Notes under the pieces: generated by a model
The model's input: only the letters and a program-made list of their open reading frames with translations
Told to the model about the DNA's origin: nothing
Databases searched by the model: none
NCBI GenBank assembly: GCA_016748015.1
Contig: JAAOMT010000303.1
Coordinates: forward strand, 62,001-126,000
Direction: 5' to 3'
Origin: Geosiphon pyriformis uo1
Lineage: Eukaryota > Fungi > Glomeromycota
DNA length: 64,000 nt
Shown: positions 24,907-37,800 of the stretch, piece after piece
Position numbering within the stretch: the first letter of the stretch is position 1
How the letters are laid out: each line of letters begins with the position of its first letter
Position numbers and translations under genes: made by a program

Positions 24907-26868
24907 GTGGCTATAGAACCAGTGGGCGTTGCTGCTGGTGGTTCTGGGTCCGTTTCGGCTGGGTTGGGGACCCGGTCTGGTGTCAAAAATAAGCGTTCGG
25001 TTGGTCCTCAATCTCGCGGTGCGTTCTATAAGAAGCCGAAGAAACCTGTGATGGTTGACGGTTTGGTAGAGTCGTCTGCTGGTGTTTCAAACATTATGGA
25101 TGAAAGTGGTGACAGACCTAATATTGGGCAATCGTGGGCTAGTGAGGTCAACAGCGAAGTGGACAGCGTAAGTGGCGTTTCGGACTTGGATAACTTGGAA
25201 AACATTGTCGCTGAGGAAATTAGCTATGCAGAGTTGGATGTTTCAGGTTTGGACGACGACATGAATGATGCCACGCCTAGGAAGACGCGTACCCGCACAT
25301 ATGTTCTAAACAGTAAGCCGCCACCTCTCTCTTTCAACGTGCTAAGTGATAGTGAAGACACTTTGCCTCTTCCGAGTCCAAAATTTTGTGGGTCCAATCA
25401 CCTTCCTCCAGTTGGGTCACGTGCTCCGGAGAAACGGAGTTTTATTTCGTCGAAATCGTTTGTATTGGATATTGAGCTATCTGCCATTCCTGGCAAAACT
25501 ACTGGTGATAAGTTGGTTTGTGTGAAAAAAATTTTTTATCAGGTTGATGGTTTTGGGGGGGCTTCGACTCCCTCAAAATTTCCTGGAATAATAAGATCAT
25601 TATTTACATCTGAAAAAAGTTTGTTTAAGGCAAAAGAAATGGCAATCAATGAAAAAATATTGGTAAATGATGATTTAAGAAAAGTAAACAACCATTCAGA
25701 TTGGAAGATGATCATCAAGGAAATCCCAGTAGATCTTCCCAAATCGGCAATTGAGGCAGTGTTCTCCAAGTTTGGCAAGATTGTTTCAATTAAAGTGCAG
25801 CTAATTGGTCTTTGGCAAAAGGCTCTGGTAGAATATGAAACATCTGAGATGGCTGATTTGGTCGCAGCTAGATGGTCTGTGCTCATAAGAAAGGATTCTG
25901 TCCGTGTGGCAAAAGCAAATGTTGATAAACAAATGTGGGTATTGAGGGATCAGCATTGGGCTTTGCTATATACTCTTCCAGTTGGCACTAATGCTCATGA
26001 TCTCTCCAGTTTGTTGGAATCATATGGTGGGAAGACTTGTTATATCAGCCGTAACCCTAATTCATATGTTCATGATAGATGTGCTGTAATTTGTTTTGGT
26101 AATGAGACATCCAAGTTGGCTGCTATTGGTACCATTCCAGTTTTCAGAAATGTGAGTTTGCATTGGGCTGGTCTTTCTTTGGCCAGTTGTGCTCATTGTA
26201 AACAATTCGGTCATGTTTCGGTCAACTGTTCCTTGGGTGAGTATTCTGGTGTTCGAGGAAGGAGGGTGGTTTCTGAGCAGGATCGGATTTGTCTAGCTGG
26301 GATATATAAGAGGAAGTCGGCCCTTGTCGCTCGTCCAGTTTCTTTTGGTGGAAAGACGTGGGCCCAAGTGGCAGGCCGTTTTCCTCCTCGTGTTGTCTTT
26401 TCGGGTGCTCCTGGTGTCGGTTTGGTCTCTGGTTTGAAGGCTTTCTCAATGGATTCCTCCTCGTCTGGTGCTGCTGATCTAGGTGGTCGCCTAGCTGTGC
26501 TGGAACGCTCCGTGGAAATTCTCGCAGACCAAGTCTCACTCATTTTAAAGAAATTAAGTTTTGGTGACTTGGTGCCTTTGGCACCTTCTTCCTCAGCTCT
26601 TCCTTTGGTGTCTCCAACTGCCATTGTTTCAAATATAGACTCAGGTTTGGATTTGGATAGCACGTTGTTGTCATTTGCCTCTTCTTCTCCCAATGTTGGT
26701 GGGTCGGTTGTTGATTTCAGTCCGAGCAGTTCTAAGGTTTTGACTGCCAAGATTGGCAGTTTGGAGTCAAATATGATGGCTCTTGAGGCTTCAGTTCGTT
26801 CAGTCTTGGATAGATTGGATCATCTGCGTTCTGGATCGGATTTGTTGGCCTTTCCTCCATCTCAATAA
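24907..26868 (+). CDS. LINE-C ORF1 protein (653 aa; RRM-like domains, CCHC knuckle CAHCKQFGHVSVNC, two C-terminal coiled coils)
   Basis: Uninterrupted ORF; original start ATG probably mutated to ATA at 24913. Confidence 0.88.
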   Translation: MAIEPVGVAAGGSGSVSAGLGTRSGVKNKRSVGPQSRGAFYKKPKKPVMVDGLVESSAGVSNIMDESGDRPNIGQSWASEVNSEVDSVSGVSDLDNLENIVAEEISYAELDVSGLDDDMNDATPRKTRTRTYVLNSKPPPLSFNVLSDSEDTLPLPSPKFCGSNHLPPVGSRAPEKRSFISSKSFVLDIELSAIPGKTTGDKLVCVKKIFYQVDGFGGASTPSKFPGIIRSLFTSEKSLFKAKEMAINEKILVNDDLRKVNNHSDWKMIIKEIPVDLPKSAIEAVFSKFGKIVSIKVQLIGLWQKALVEYETSEMADLVAARWSVLIRKDSVRVAKANVDKQMWVLRDQHWALLYTLPVGTNAHDLSSLLESYGGKTCYISRNPNSYVHDRCAVICFGNETSKLAAIGTIPVFRNVSLHWAGLSLASCAHCKQFGHVSVNCSLGEYSGVRGRRVVSEQDRICLAGIYKRKSALVARPVSFGGKTWAQVAGRFPPRVVFSGAPGVGLVSGLKAFSMDSSSSGAADLGGRLAVLERSVEILADQVSLILKKLSFGDLVPLAPSSSALPLVSPTAIVSNIDSGLDLDSTLLSFASSSPNVGGSVVDFSPSSSKVLTAKIGSLESNMMALEASVRSVLDRLDHLRSGSDLLAFPPSQ

Positions 26869-29800
26869 GTAGTTTGGTTTGGAAATTTGCTACATGCAAT
26901 GTTCGGGGTATTAATGTTCCCGCAAAGCAAGCGGATGTTGTTCGTTGGCATGTGAGCTCAGGAAATATGGTTTCTTTTATTACTGAGACTAAGTTGAGGT
27001 TCTCTTCTGGGCCGTGGTTAAAGGATAAATTTGATGGAGTGCGAATATTTTCTTCTGGCTTGGATAAGGGTTTTATGGGTGCTGGGGTTGCAATTGTTAT
27101 GAACACTTCTTTGGCCTGTCATGTATTTAAGGTGGAGGAGATTCCTGGTCGGGTTATTTCTGTTTGGCTTCTGTTTAAGGGCAAGCTCTCGGTTACTGTT
27201 TTGGGGTTGTATGCTGGTGCCTCCTCTGGGGCTAGATTTGGTCAGGCTTCTGAAGTTAACACCCTCATTGCAAAGGCAGTCAACTCCAGCAATTTTGTTG
27301 TCTTGGGTGGGGACTTTAATGAGAATGGATCTGGTAGGAGTGCTAGTTTCAAGTTTTGTTTGAGTTTAGGTTTGGTCAATTCATTTGTTGGTCATTATTT
27401 GGCTAATTCTTATACATGGAGCAATTCGAGAGGGGTTGGGAAAACAATTGATTACATTTTTGTTGGTGGTAATTTGGCTACTGCTGTTGCTGGCCATCAA
27501 GTTGTCTCTGTTTTAGATTTCTTTGATACTGATCACAAGGCTGTTGTAGTTTCAATCGGTTTGGGTGGACTTCTAAATGTACAATTGAACAGTTTGCGCA
27601 AGCAGGCGAATAAGGATCGTTGGAAGTTCAAAATCAAGAATGCTAACTGTGTTGGATGGGCTAAGTTTAAGGATCTCTCATCAGCTAAACTTTTGTCCTT
27701 GGGTGAGGTGTTCTCTGATGCCGAAATACGTGGTGATGTGGATGCTATGTGGGCAGTTTTGGTGGGAGCTGTGGTGGATTCTGCTGATGTGACATTTTCG
27801 AGACATTGGTTTAGTGAGTTCAAGTATTCGAGAAACAAACATTCTTCTAGGTTTTTTGGTCTGGAATTGTTGGTGGCCAAGATTGTCAAGAAAATTTGTT
27901 CTGGTGACTTGCTGGGCGCTGATCGTCTTGTGAGTAAATGGTCGACTCTGGATGACGTGAAGGCTCGTGCTTTCAAGGACTTGGTTGGCTCGGGTGTTAA
28001 ATCTGATGTTGTTGTTAGACATTTGTCATTGGTTTGCAGAGATTATAGGAGGTCGAAGATGTTTGAGTCAAGGTTGGCTGAGGAAGCTTTGGTTAGGAAG
28101 GCAATTGAGAAGTGCATGGATAATTTCTGTTCGGATAAGGGTAGTATGATTAGGAGTGTGTTGGAAAAGCCTTTTCACAAGGTTGTGTTGGATCACTTAA
28201 TAGTTGATGATGATCTGGTTTTGTTGCCTGAAGAGGTGAAGTCCAGTGTGGACAGAATAATGGAGGGGTGGACGAGGAAACGCTCTGTACAGTCAGTGCT
28301 TCCTGGTCTTTGGGCTCGTCAGTACGCACCTTTGGACCATGTTCGGGATGATGCTTTTTCGGGTGTTATGAGTACAATCAGTATGGGCGAGTTACTTTCT
28401 GTTGTTGGTGGTCTTCCTGATGACAAGGCTGCTGGTTTGTCTGGTGTTCCTAATGAGTTATGGAAACATGGTAGTGAGGTGGTTTTGGGGTGCCTGTTGG
28501 CGCTGTTTAATAAATCTTTGTCTGATAGTGTGGTGTCTGTTTTGTGAAAGAGGGCTTGGGTGTCAATGATTCCTAAGCCTTATGACTGGGATGGAGTTCT
28601 TATGAACACTCGGCCCATTGCTTTGATTGAGACTGCCAGAAAAATTCTTTCCAAGATTCTGTCTGACCGTATTTCAATGGCTTGTAGCAAGTTCAATGTT
28701 CTTCAGGGTGACAATTTTTCGGTGCTGAAGGGTATGTCAACACAATCTCTAGTGTTCGCTGTTGGTTCGGTAATTGAAGATGCCATTGAGAAGGATAGGG
28801 AGTTATGGTTGGTCTTGCAAGATATGCGAAAAGCTTACGATTCAGTTGGGTGGCATCATTTAAGAGCTAGTTTGCGGTGTGTCAAGATGTGTGAGAGGTT
28901 CATAAGGTTTTTTGGTGGTATTCATGAGGATAGAGTTAATAGGGTAATGACTGACTTTGGTTTGTCTGGTGGTTATAAGGTGCATGATGGGCTGGACCAG
29001 GGTGAGGTCTTTTCACCACTTCTTTGGAGAATTTTTTACGATCTGCTTTTGTGTGAGGTTAAAAGGCACAAACAATTGTGTGGGTACCGGATTGATACTA
29101 AGTTTGTTTCCAAATCTGGCAGAATTGAGGGCAGTTGTGGTTTAACATCGTATTTTTCAGCTGGACAAGGGAGCCCAGAAACAACGCCAATGTTACAGAC
29201 CAAACCAGCCTTCTCCATTACCACCCGGTGGCTGGCTCTAGACAACCATACTTTAGCACGATGTAATCCAACAACAAACCTGACATAATCAACAATCCGA
29301 GCAGTGGCCACCTTTTTTTCCTCAAAAACATCACAAGCCTCCTCATACCACTCCTCCAGCACAAACCCCTTGCACACCAAAGTGTACAGCCCAACATCAC
29401 TGGAACATTGAGATAAAACCCGCAACACAGCAGAAGCAGGGGAACCACCAGCCAGAGCTGACCAATGGGCAGAAGCCTCCACCAAAATCTTACCACGAAT
29501 GCCAGACTCATGAACATAAGTAAAAACGTGGTCAGAGAACTCCACCTTACCACAAAACAAACACAACACACTAGGGTAGCACTTATCATACAATCTCTTC
29601 CTTACAGCCACCGGCAACCTCCTGTGCACAGCCTTCATAATATAAGTGCGAAGTGTTGAGGATGCGCGGCTAGTGAACTCAGCAAGCATATGAGAATCAA
29701 GATGCCACACCTTTGCCGTGACAACCCAGTCTATGCAACCAATCATCACATCCGGAACAACATCACAGCCAGCCCCAGCTTCCCAACGAGCACAACAAAT

Positions 29801-31550
29801 CGATCGAAAAATATTCCTTACAAAATGACGGGCATTACCAGAAACAGTGATACCCTCAGCAACCAAAAAATGTTCACGCACATCGGCACAAAGGAAAAAG
29901 GGAGACCCAGAAGCAGCCCCAGCAGCCAAGTCAGCTCTCACATTACCAGGAATTCCAGAGTGTCCCTTCTCCTTAACCCAACTCATGCTGAGATCCTTGT
30001 CCCTGACCAAATTGAAAATATGACGCCTTTCCAGCCAGCATTGATTATGGAAATCAGGGGCAACCAAAAACATCTCAGACACACATGCATCAATGGCAGC
30101 CTGGCTGTCAAGACGTAACACCACAGTACTTGAAGAAGGAACACACTCCAAAGCCAAAGCGACAGTCTGTAACTTGGCCATAGTAGATGACACAAGACCA
30201 TGAACAGCGACACCAATGCTCTTATCCAAGACCGGAAAGTATGCAGCAGCACCACAGGCGACCTCAGCAGAGCCTGCATTCCTCAAAGACCCATCCGTGA
30301 AAACTTCAAAAAAGCCTGACCAAATGTCATGCAATCCATCTTTAACCGTAGAAAATTCCCCAGACCCTAAAATGTCCAAACCAAGCTTGTCCGCAAAGCC
30401 AACAGAACCGGAAAATGAGTACCCCTGACCCTTCAAAAACTCAGAAGAAACCACGAACCAGTGAGGCACAGGGCCACGCGGATCCAACCTCTTCCAACAA
30501 CGAAAAGTTTTCCAATCCAACAAAACACCTTTCTTATCAAAAAGCCGATCACCAAAAGCGACACCAAAATGTTTAAGAGATTTGACTGAATCAAAATACA
30601 GAGACTTTCCAAGAACAGAGGACAATGGGAACTGACCAGAACTATGAAATGCAGTGGGGAAATTGTTCACCAAAGTAAGCACATTGCCCAGAAAGATCTT
30701 CACCATCCCAGCCAAAAAATTGTTCACCAGACTAACATGCAACCTGACTGGAAACTGCAAAGGATCCAAAGAAGCCCAACCAAGAACTTGTAAGTCCAAA
30801 AACCTATGTCTAAACAAGCGCCCAAGAATGCCAGAGGCATTAGAGAATGTCATCAAAGCAGCAATCTTCCCTTCTGACTGCACCTGCTTAAAAGGCTTTA
30901 GGCCATACAATGAGGGATGATGCAAAGCAGCATCAGGAAAATCGCGGGGGAGACAAGCCTTGAACCTAAGACCCTTTCTAACCAAGACATCCCACTTGCG
31001 GCAAACATTAGATGAGACAAAACTGAACTGAGTACGATAGCCAACAATAGACTGCAAAACAGCCGACACCAGATAGGAGAATTGTTTGTCTGTAATAGCC
31101 TTTCTAAGCACAACATTGACGAAAAAACGTACATCCGCATGAGCCTTGGCAACACTCGGCTTGGAAAGCCCTTCAGTCGACAGAAAAATACCTAGATATC
31201 GATGTGCTTCCCCTTTCTTGGCAATAGAAATTGGCTGACCACAAATGTTCAGTGAAGCAACTTTAACGCCCCGATTAATGGGAATAGCTACCGTCTTCTC
31301 ACTATTGATAGAAATATCATTGAGCACAAAAAATTCACTGGCAATGTTCAAAGCATATTGAGTAGAAGTCTGACAATTTCCAACCCAGATCGTATCATTG
31401 ACAAACGCGGGTGTGTCTTCGGTTTTGTCTGACAGTGTTGTGAGATTACTTGGTTTGGCTGATTCCTTTGCTGTTAGCTTTGGTCATCGGAAGCCTTATT
31501 GTTTCTTTTCTGGTCTGGGTGGCAGTGTGCGAGTAGTTATAGATGTGTAG
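26865..31550 (+). pseudogene. LINE-C ORF2 (APE-RT-RNase H-Zn finger); second half inverted
   Basis: ORFs 26874-28547 and 28560-29164 on +; RT C-half/RNase H/Zn finger on - (29165-31409); C-terminus resumes on + at 31410; TGG>TGA at 28545; FVDD>FVND. Confidence 0.93.
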
Positions 31551-32303
31551 TGTTGCCTTGTCTGGCCTGAGTGGCTAGCCACATGTAGAAAGTGCATGAG
31601 TCGCATTTAGTTTGAGCCTCTTAGTTTGGTTCTATGTACTAGATAGCAATTGGGCTGCACTCATTAAATGGTTAATAAAAAAAAAAATAAATAAATAATA
31701 ATTTAACTAAGTTAATTTTAATTGGTCTTAGTAATTTATTTGGGGGGAGGTTTTTTTTTTGACAAATATTATAACTTTGTATATATTGAATTATGTTTGA
31801 ATAAATAGTTAATTAATAATATAATTTTTTGGTTTTTTAATTATTTTTTCATAATTAAAATATTTTGTTATTGAATCCAAGTATATATTAAACAAATTGT
31901 CTTTTTTTTGGTTTTATAATTTTTTTTAATAATTTGTTTAGCTTTTATTGGTTCTTTTAATATAGTATATTTTAATAAATAAGATAGTATTTAAATTAAT
32001 AATGTATTTTATTTTATTTATTCTAAGATAATTTTTTTTTAAACTATTAAATATTAATATATTAATATAATTATTAACAAGTTTAATTATTTATGTTGTT
32101 GAATTTTTGGTAATAAATAATTTAAATCTTTTATACTTGTTTTATTTGTAACAAGTTATTAATTTTTATTTTTTATTTTTTATTTTATAATAAACTTTGT
32201 ATTTAAATAATAAAAATATAGTTTTTTATTTAGTATTTTTGTAATAATATCAATTTTTTATGATTTATATAAATATTAAATTTTTTGTAAAAATATTTTT
32301 TTT

Positions 32304-34889
32304 GTGGATATAGGTTGAATTCTCATTTTGTTTCCAAAAGTGGTAGTATTGAATCTCAGACTGGGCTCTCTTCTTTTTTTGTTGCTAGTGCTTTTGTCGA
32401 TAATACAATCTGGATTGGTAGCAGTCAAAATACTACTTAGCATATTCTCAATGTAGCTAGTGAATTTTTTCAAATTAATGACATTTCAATCAATAACAAC
32501 AAGACAGTAGCCATTCCCATCAATAGCAGGGTCAGCATTCCCTTTCTTTCCATCAGTGGTTCGCCAATCTCCATTGCCAAAAAAGGTAAATCTCATCAGT
32601 ACTTGGGTATTTTTCTCTCAACTGAGGGTCTTTCGAAGCCTAGTTTGGCTAAGGTGAACTCAAATGTTTGTTTTTTCACCAATCTGGTTCTAAGAAAGAT
32701 GGTTTCGGATAAGCAATTTTTGTATCTGATGTCGGCAGTCTTCCATCCTATAATCAACTATAGAATGCAGTTCAGCTTTGTTCCTGTTGATATGTGCACC
32801 AAATAGGATGCTTTGATTTGCAAAGGCTTGAAACTTAAATCTGGTTTTCTGCTGGATTTTTCTAGTAATATGATTTACCATCCTTCTTTTTATGGTTTAA
32901 AGTCTTTTTCACAGTATCAGTCCGAATGTAAGGTTGTTTTACTTGTTAGTTTTGCAAACTCTAGTGGGATTTTGGAGCATTTGTTTAGTCACAGGTCTCA
33001 TAACTTGTAAGTTCTGTGTTGGCGACCAATCTATCCATTGATCTCTCTTATTCGTATTTGTGTCAGTATTTCTAATAATTTCTTGGCTGGTGTGGTTTCT
33101 ATCCTTCTTGACTGCAGGCTGTCTTTGGGTGGTTTTTTGGCCAGTGCTTTCTGGTTTCACGGTGGGGTTCCTATGTCTGTTGTTCTTGGCAATTCTTTGT
33201 TTTTTAAGTTTTTGCCATCCCTTTGGCATTATGGCATTGTCTTCGTGGACCAGCTTTGGGATCGTCGTGGTGATGTCTTTAGCTGGCTCACCTTTAAGTG
33301 GTGGAAGAGACTAGATCCTCATGGTCTGGTTCCTGAATGGTTCGAATATTCAGTCGAGTTCCTTGTGACTTTCCGTTCTTCTCTTTCAGTCTCAGTTGGT
33401 GTTGGTTCTATTGACATTTGTGGTTCTGATGATTTTATGTCTGTATGTGATCATCTTTCTTGGATTGGTGCTAATAGTTTGTCTGTGTATATAGATAGGT
33501 CATTAAAAAATTTGGGCATGACTGGTTGTAGGGCTGGAGCTGCTGCCTTTTTTGAGAATGTTAACTTGGGTTTGGGTATTAATGTTCAGGGTTTGGTGTC
33601 ATCTACTTTGGCAGAATTGCAGACTATAGCGTTGGCTCTGGAGTGCGTACTTGTGGCTCGTTCTGTTTGTCTGTTTTCAGATAGTCAGGTGGCCTTGGAT
33701 GCTTGCATGTTGGAGATTAACTTAGTGTATCCTGACTTTTGCAATCAGTGTTGGGTCAAGTGTCAGCATATTAGGAATGTTATTTGTAGTAAAAATTTAA
33801 GAGTTAATTGGCACAAGGTTAAGAGTCACTCTGGTGTGTTGGGAAATGATCGAGCCGATAGCATTATTGATGCTGCGACTCTCTCTGATTGGTTTCTTCC
33901 TTCTTATATTGATAAACATTTTTTGTTGGCAGATGATAGTATTATCTCTGGTAATTCTAGACACTTTGTTCGAGACATTTTTTATGCTGTTTGTTAAGCG
34001 TGTTGAAAGGTCAGTTCCAGTTCTGGGTTTCTACCTGGAGATTTGCACTTGGATGTTGATTGGCCTGGTTCTTTTAGGGTTTGGCATTCTGATTCACATA
34101 TGGCAACAGGTTTCACCAGCAGGCGTACTGCTAACATTCATACTTATCTTATAAAGGCTTTGCACCGTCAGCTTTCCATGGCTGTTCGAAAGTGGATTTA
34201 TGATAGATGTTACTCTAGTGTTCTGTGTCTGTATTGTGGTGAGGTAAAGGTGTCTGATCATGTATTTTTTTGTGTAATTGATGATTCAGCTCATCATTAG
34301 GTTTTGGAATCCTGTATGTCTTCTTGGAAGATGCTTTCTGGTCTTTCTCTCTTTTTTTCAAATGTATTGCAGCTGCTGTCAACCTGTGCTTCAGATTTCC
34401 TGGTTTCCTCAGCTTTTTACAAAGGTTTTGTTTTCAAAGGATAGATTCAGGAGGCTGTTTCCATCTTCCATAATTCCAAAGTTGCTAGTATTAAGATTGC
34501 TGATTTTGTGTGCTTTCTTTGTGTTGCTTTCAGGAATAACATTTGGTTGGTCTATGCCAAGCATTGCATATACATGGAAAAAAATGGCCTAATTCTGATG
34601 GATGGCTTAATTTCTGTCTCAGTTTCTGGTTTGGTTTCGAGATTCTTAGATGGTGTGGTTAAATTGCTTGGTATTGCTGAAGCTTTTGGCATCCGTTTTG
34701 GCTTTTGCAAATCTTGTTCTTTTTTCTTAGGTATTGGTGACCTGGTTTCTGTTAATATAATTGCGTAGTATTGTCCTAACTGGCTCGAGTGGCTGGTCAT
34801 ATGTAGAAAGTACATAATTCACACTTAGTTTAGATCATTTCTTTAATGTATAGTTCTAAGTAGTGTTTGGATTTCACTCATTAAATATT
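32304..34889 (+). mobile_element. LINE-D: 5'-truncated LINE (RT C-half, RNase H, 3' UTR) with 12-bp TSD
   Basis: TSD AATATTTTTTTT at 32292-32303 and 34890-34901; flanks rejoin as contiguous Gypsy RNase H sequence. Confidence 0.92.
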
Positions 34890-37800
34890 AATATTTTTTT
34901 TACTTTATAATAATTTAGTATATTATTAAGTGTTTTAATATGAAAGTTTTATAATTTTATTTAATTAAACTTAAATTTTAATTAATATATATTACAATTA
35001 AAAATAAATTGTTTTAATTTTTTAAAAATTTTTTTTATATATTTATTTGTTATATATTTATTTATTTATAATTAATATTTTTTATTTGCAATTAATAAAA
35101 TAATTAAACAATTACTAAAAAGTTTTTAATAAATTATTAATAGTATTTAGTTTGTTTCGAAAATTTTTTTAATTTAGTTAAGTTTTTAAATCTTGAAAAG
35201 TTCTTTATCTTTTTAATTTTTTGGATTTGTTTTAATATTATTTTTGTTTATTATATGTTAAAAATTTAAGTGCTGTTTTTTTAAAAAAACATTTATTGGT
35301 ATTAAGTTTTAATTTAATTTATTAAAACTATTTAAATACTTGCTGTAAATAATAAAAATGTTTATTGAAAGTTTTTAAAAATATATTAATATTATCTAAA
35401 TAATAATAATTAATTTTTATAATATATTAGAATATATAATTTTTATTAATTAATAAATATTGCTAATATATTAATTAATTTAAATAACGTTATATTAAAT
35501 TTAAAGTTTTTTTTATATATAATAAATACAATCTTTTTATTATTATTTAAATCTATAACTATTTATTAATAATTATTATTTAAACTTAATATAAAAAACT
35601 ATTTCTTTTTATAAATTAAATAATTTTTGAATTTGTAAAATTAAGTAATTATTATCATAAATAATAATATTAAGCTTGTAATAATAGATATAAAACTGGA
35701 TTTTTTTTTGAATTAATATTACTAATAATAACTATAAATTTATAAATAATTAAATTAATTTACTATTTAATATCTGATTAATTTTTTGTTAAATAATTTT
35801 ATAGCTAATTAATAGTACTTAATATGTTTTTTGTTTAATTGACATAATATTTTTTATTTTTATTTTGTGTTAAATAATATTAGTTTTTCTAAATTTATTT
35901 TTACTTACAAATATATTAATATATTAGTTAAGTAATATTTTAAATTGTATTTTTTGTAATTAGTTCAAGTTTTTTAAATTTATTTTTTTTAATTGTTTTG
36001 GTTAAAACAAATAGCATTTTTTTTCTGATCCAAATTTATAATGTAAGATTCATATATTTACATAATTAAATAAAGTTTAAAATATATATTAATAATTAAT
36101 TTTTAAATTTTAAATTTAAATATTCAATAATAATATTAACTGAAGTTTTTATATAATTTTTAGTATTATTATAAATTAAAATTCTAATATTTTTATGTTT
36201 TTTAGTTAAAATATACATATTAGTAATAGTAGTTAATCTATTTGGCAAATTTTTGATATTGTCTTAAAAATTTAAAATTAATTCTTAATTTTTTAGAATA
36301 TAATAAAATAAAAACAATATATTTAGTAAAAATAATTTTTTTTTAATCAGTGGTTTTTTTTATTATATTAATAAATTTTTAAACAATATTTGGTAAAATT
36401 TTAATTATTTTCAATTATTTTTTGGTTTTTACTAAAATTAATTAAGTTATTTTAATTAAAAATAAGAATATAACTTGTGTTATCTTTTTTTTAGTTTTAT
36501 TTTATAGGCTTTTTCTAAATTATTTTATAGTATAATAACAATATTTTTTAAATATTTTGTATTAATTATTATTTTTTCATAGTAATTTTTTTGTTAAACT
36601 AAATTTTGATGTTAATTGCATTATTGTAGTTCTTAAAACTTTTAATATTATTTTTAAATTTGTATTACTAAAAAAATAAAATTCTAAAACTATTAAAATT
36701 TATTTAAAATATTTTAAATTAAATTTAACATTTGTTTTATGTATTTTTTTAAACATAATATCTTTATTATTTTTGTTAAACTATTTAAGTTCTTGCTTTT
36801 TTAATAAGTTTAAAAGTATAATATATATATATATATTTTTTTTATATTTAATGAGTGAGATTCAAATACTGTTTAATATAATATATCAAATAATAGATCT
36901 AAACTAGATGTAAATCATGCATTTTTTACATGTAACCAGTCATTCAAGCCAATCAGAACAATATTACACACCTATATAAACTAAGACTAGATCTTCAACA
37001 CCTAAAAAAAACAAACAAGATTTATAAAATTCAAAACTAGCACTAAATGTTTTAGCAATGCTAAGCAACTTAATTACATTATCAGAGAACTTTGATAACA
37101 AACCCAAAACTGGAATCATCATATAGTATAAGCTTATTTTTTTTCATAAATACACAATGCTTAATATGGATCAACCAAACTTCATTCCTAAAAGCAAGAC
37201 AGAAGTCATACACAAAGTTCACAACCTTTTGACTTATAACTTTAAAATTTCCAAAGACAGATACAGTCTTTTAAATCCAACCATTAAAAACAAAGTCTTT
37301 ACAAAGAGCTGTATATATTACAATATTTAGAGCACAGAAGGACAACAACTAAAACACACATAAAGAAAAATAAAAAAGACCAGAGAGTATATTCCAAGCA
37401 ACTGCATAAGCATTCAATAAACAGTGACAAACAAAATCATCAATCACACAAAAAAAAACATGGTCCAAGACCTTAATATTACCATAATACAAACACAATA
37501 CACTAGGATAACACTTGTTATACAGGTGCTTCTAAATAACAACTGGCAGCTGATAGTGTAAAGTTTTTATAAAGTATGTGTAAATACCAGCAATAGACTC
37601 ATTAATGAAACCAGCAGTTATATATAAATCAGAATGCCATACTAAGAATGAGCTAAACCAATTAACATCTGAGAATAAATCATTATCCAAAACTCTAGAA
37701 CCAGAACCAACTTCCCAATATACATGATAAATAAATCAAAAAATGTCACAAACAAAATATTTAGAATTACTAGAAATCACATCATCATTGGCCAAAATAT

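Larger units (their letters stand above)
24786..31690 (+). mobile_element. LINE-C: least decayed full-length LINE, with internal inversion 29165-31409
   Basis: Open ORF1, ORF2 with few lesions, conserved 3' UTR, A/TAAA tail; many CpGs retained. Confidence 0.96.

Noticed and set aside
24907-24915. Apparent GUG initiation of LINE ORF1
   Set aside because: ATA two codons later (ATA GAA CCA) is best read as a G>A-mutated ATG, matching the prevailing decay
26211-28022. Long antisense and alternative-frame ORFs over LINE coding regions
   Set aside because: Expected shadows of the T/G-rich sense strand; not conserved in extent between copies and no motifs
16259-28547. Alternative genetic code (TGA=Trp) suggested by in-frame TGA at Trp positions
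   Set aside because: TAG also replaces Trp and positions differ among copies, consistent with G>A mutation
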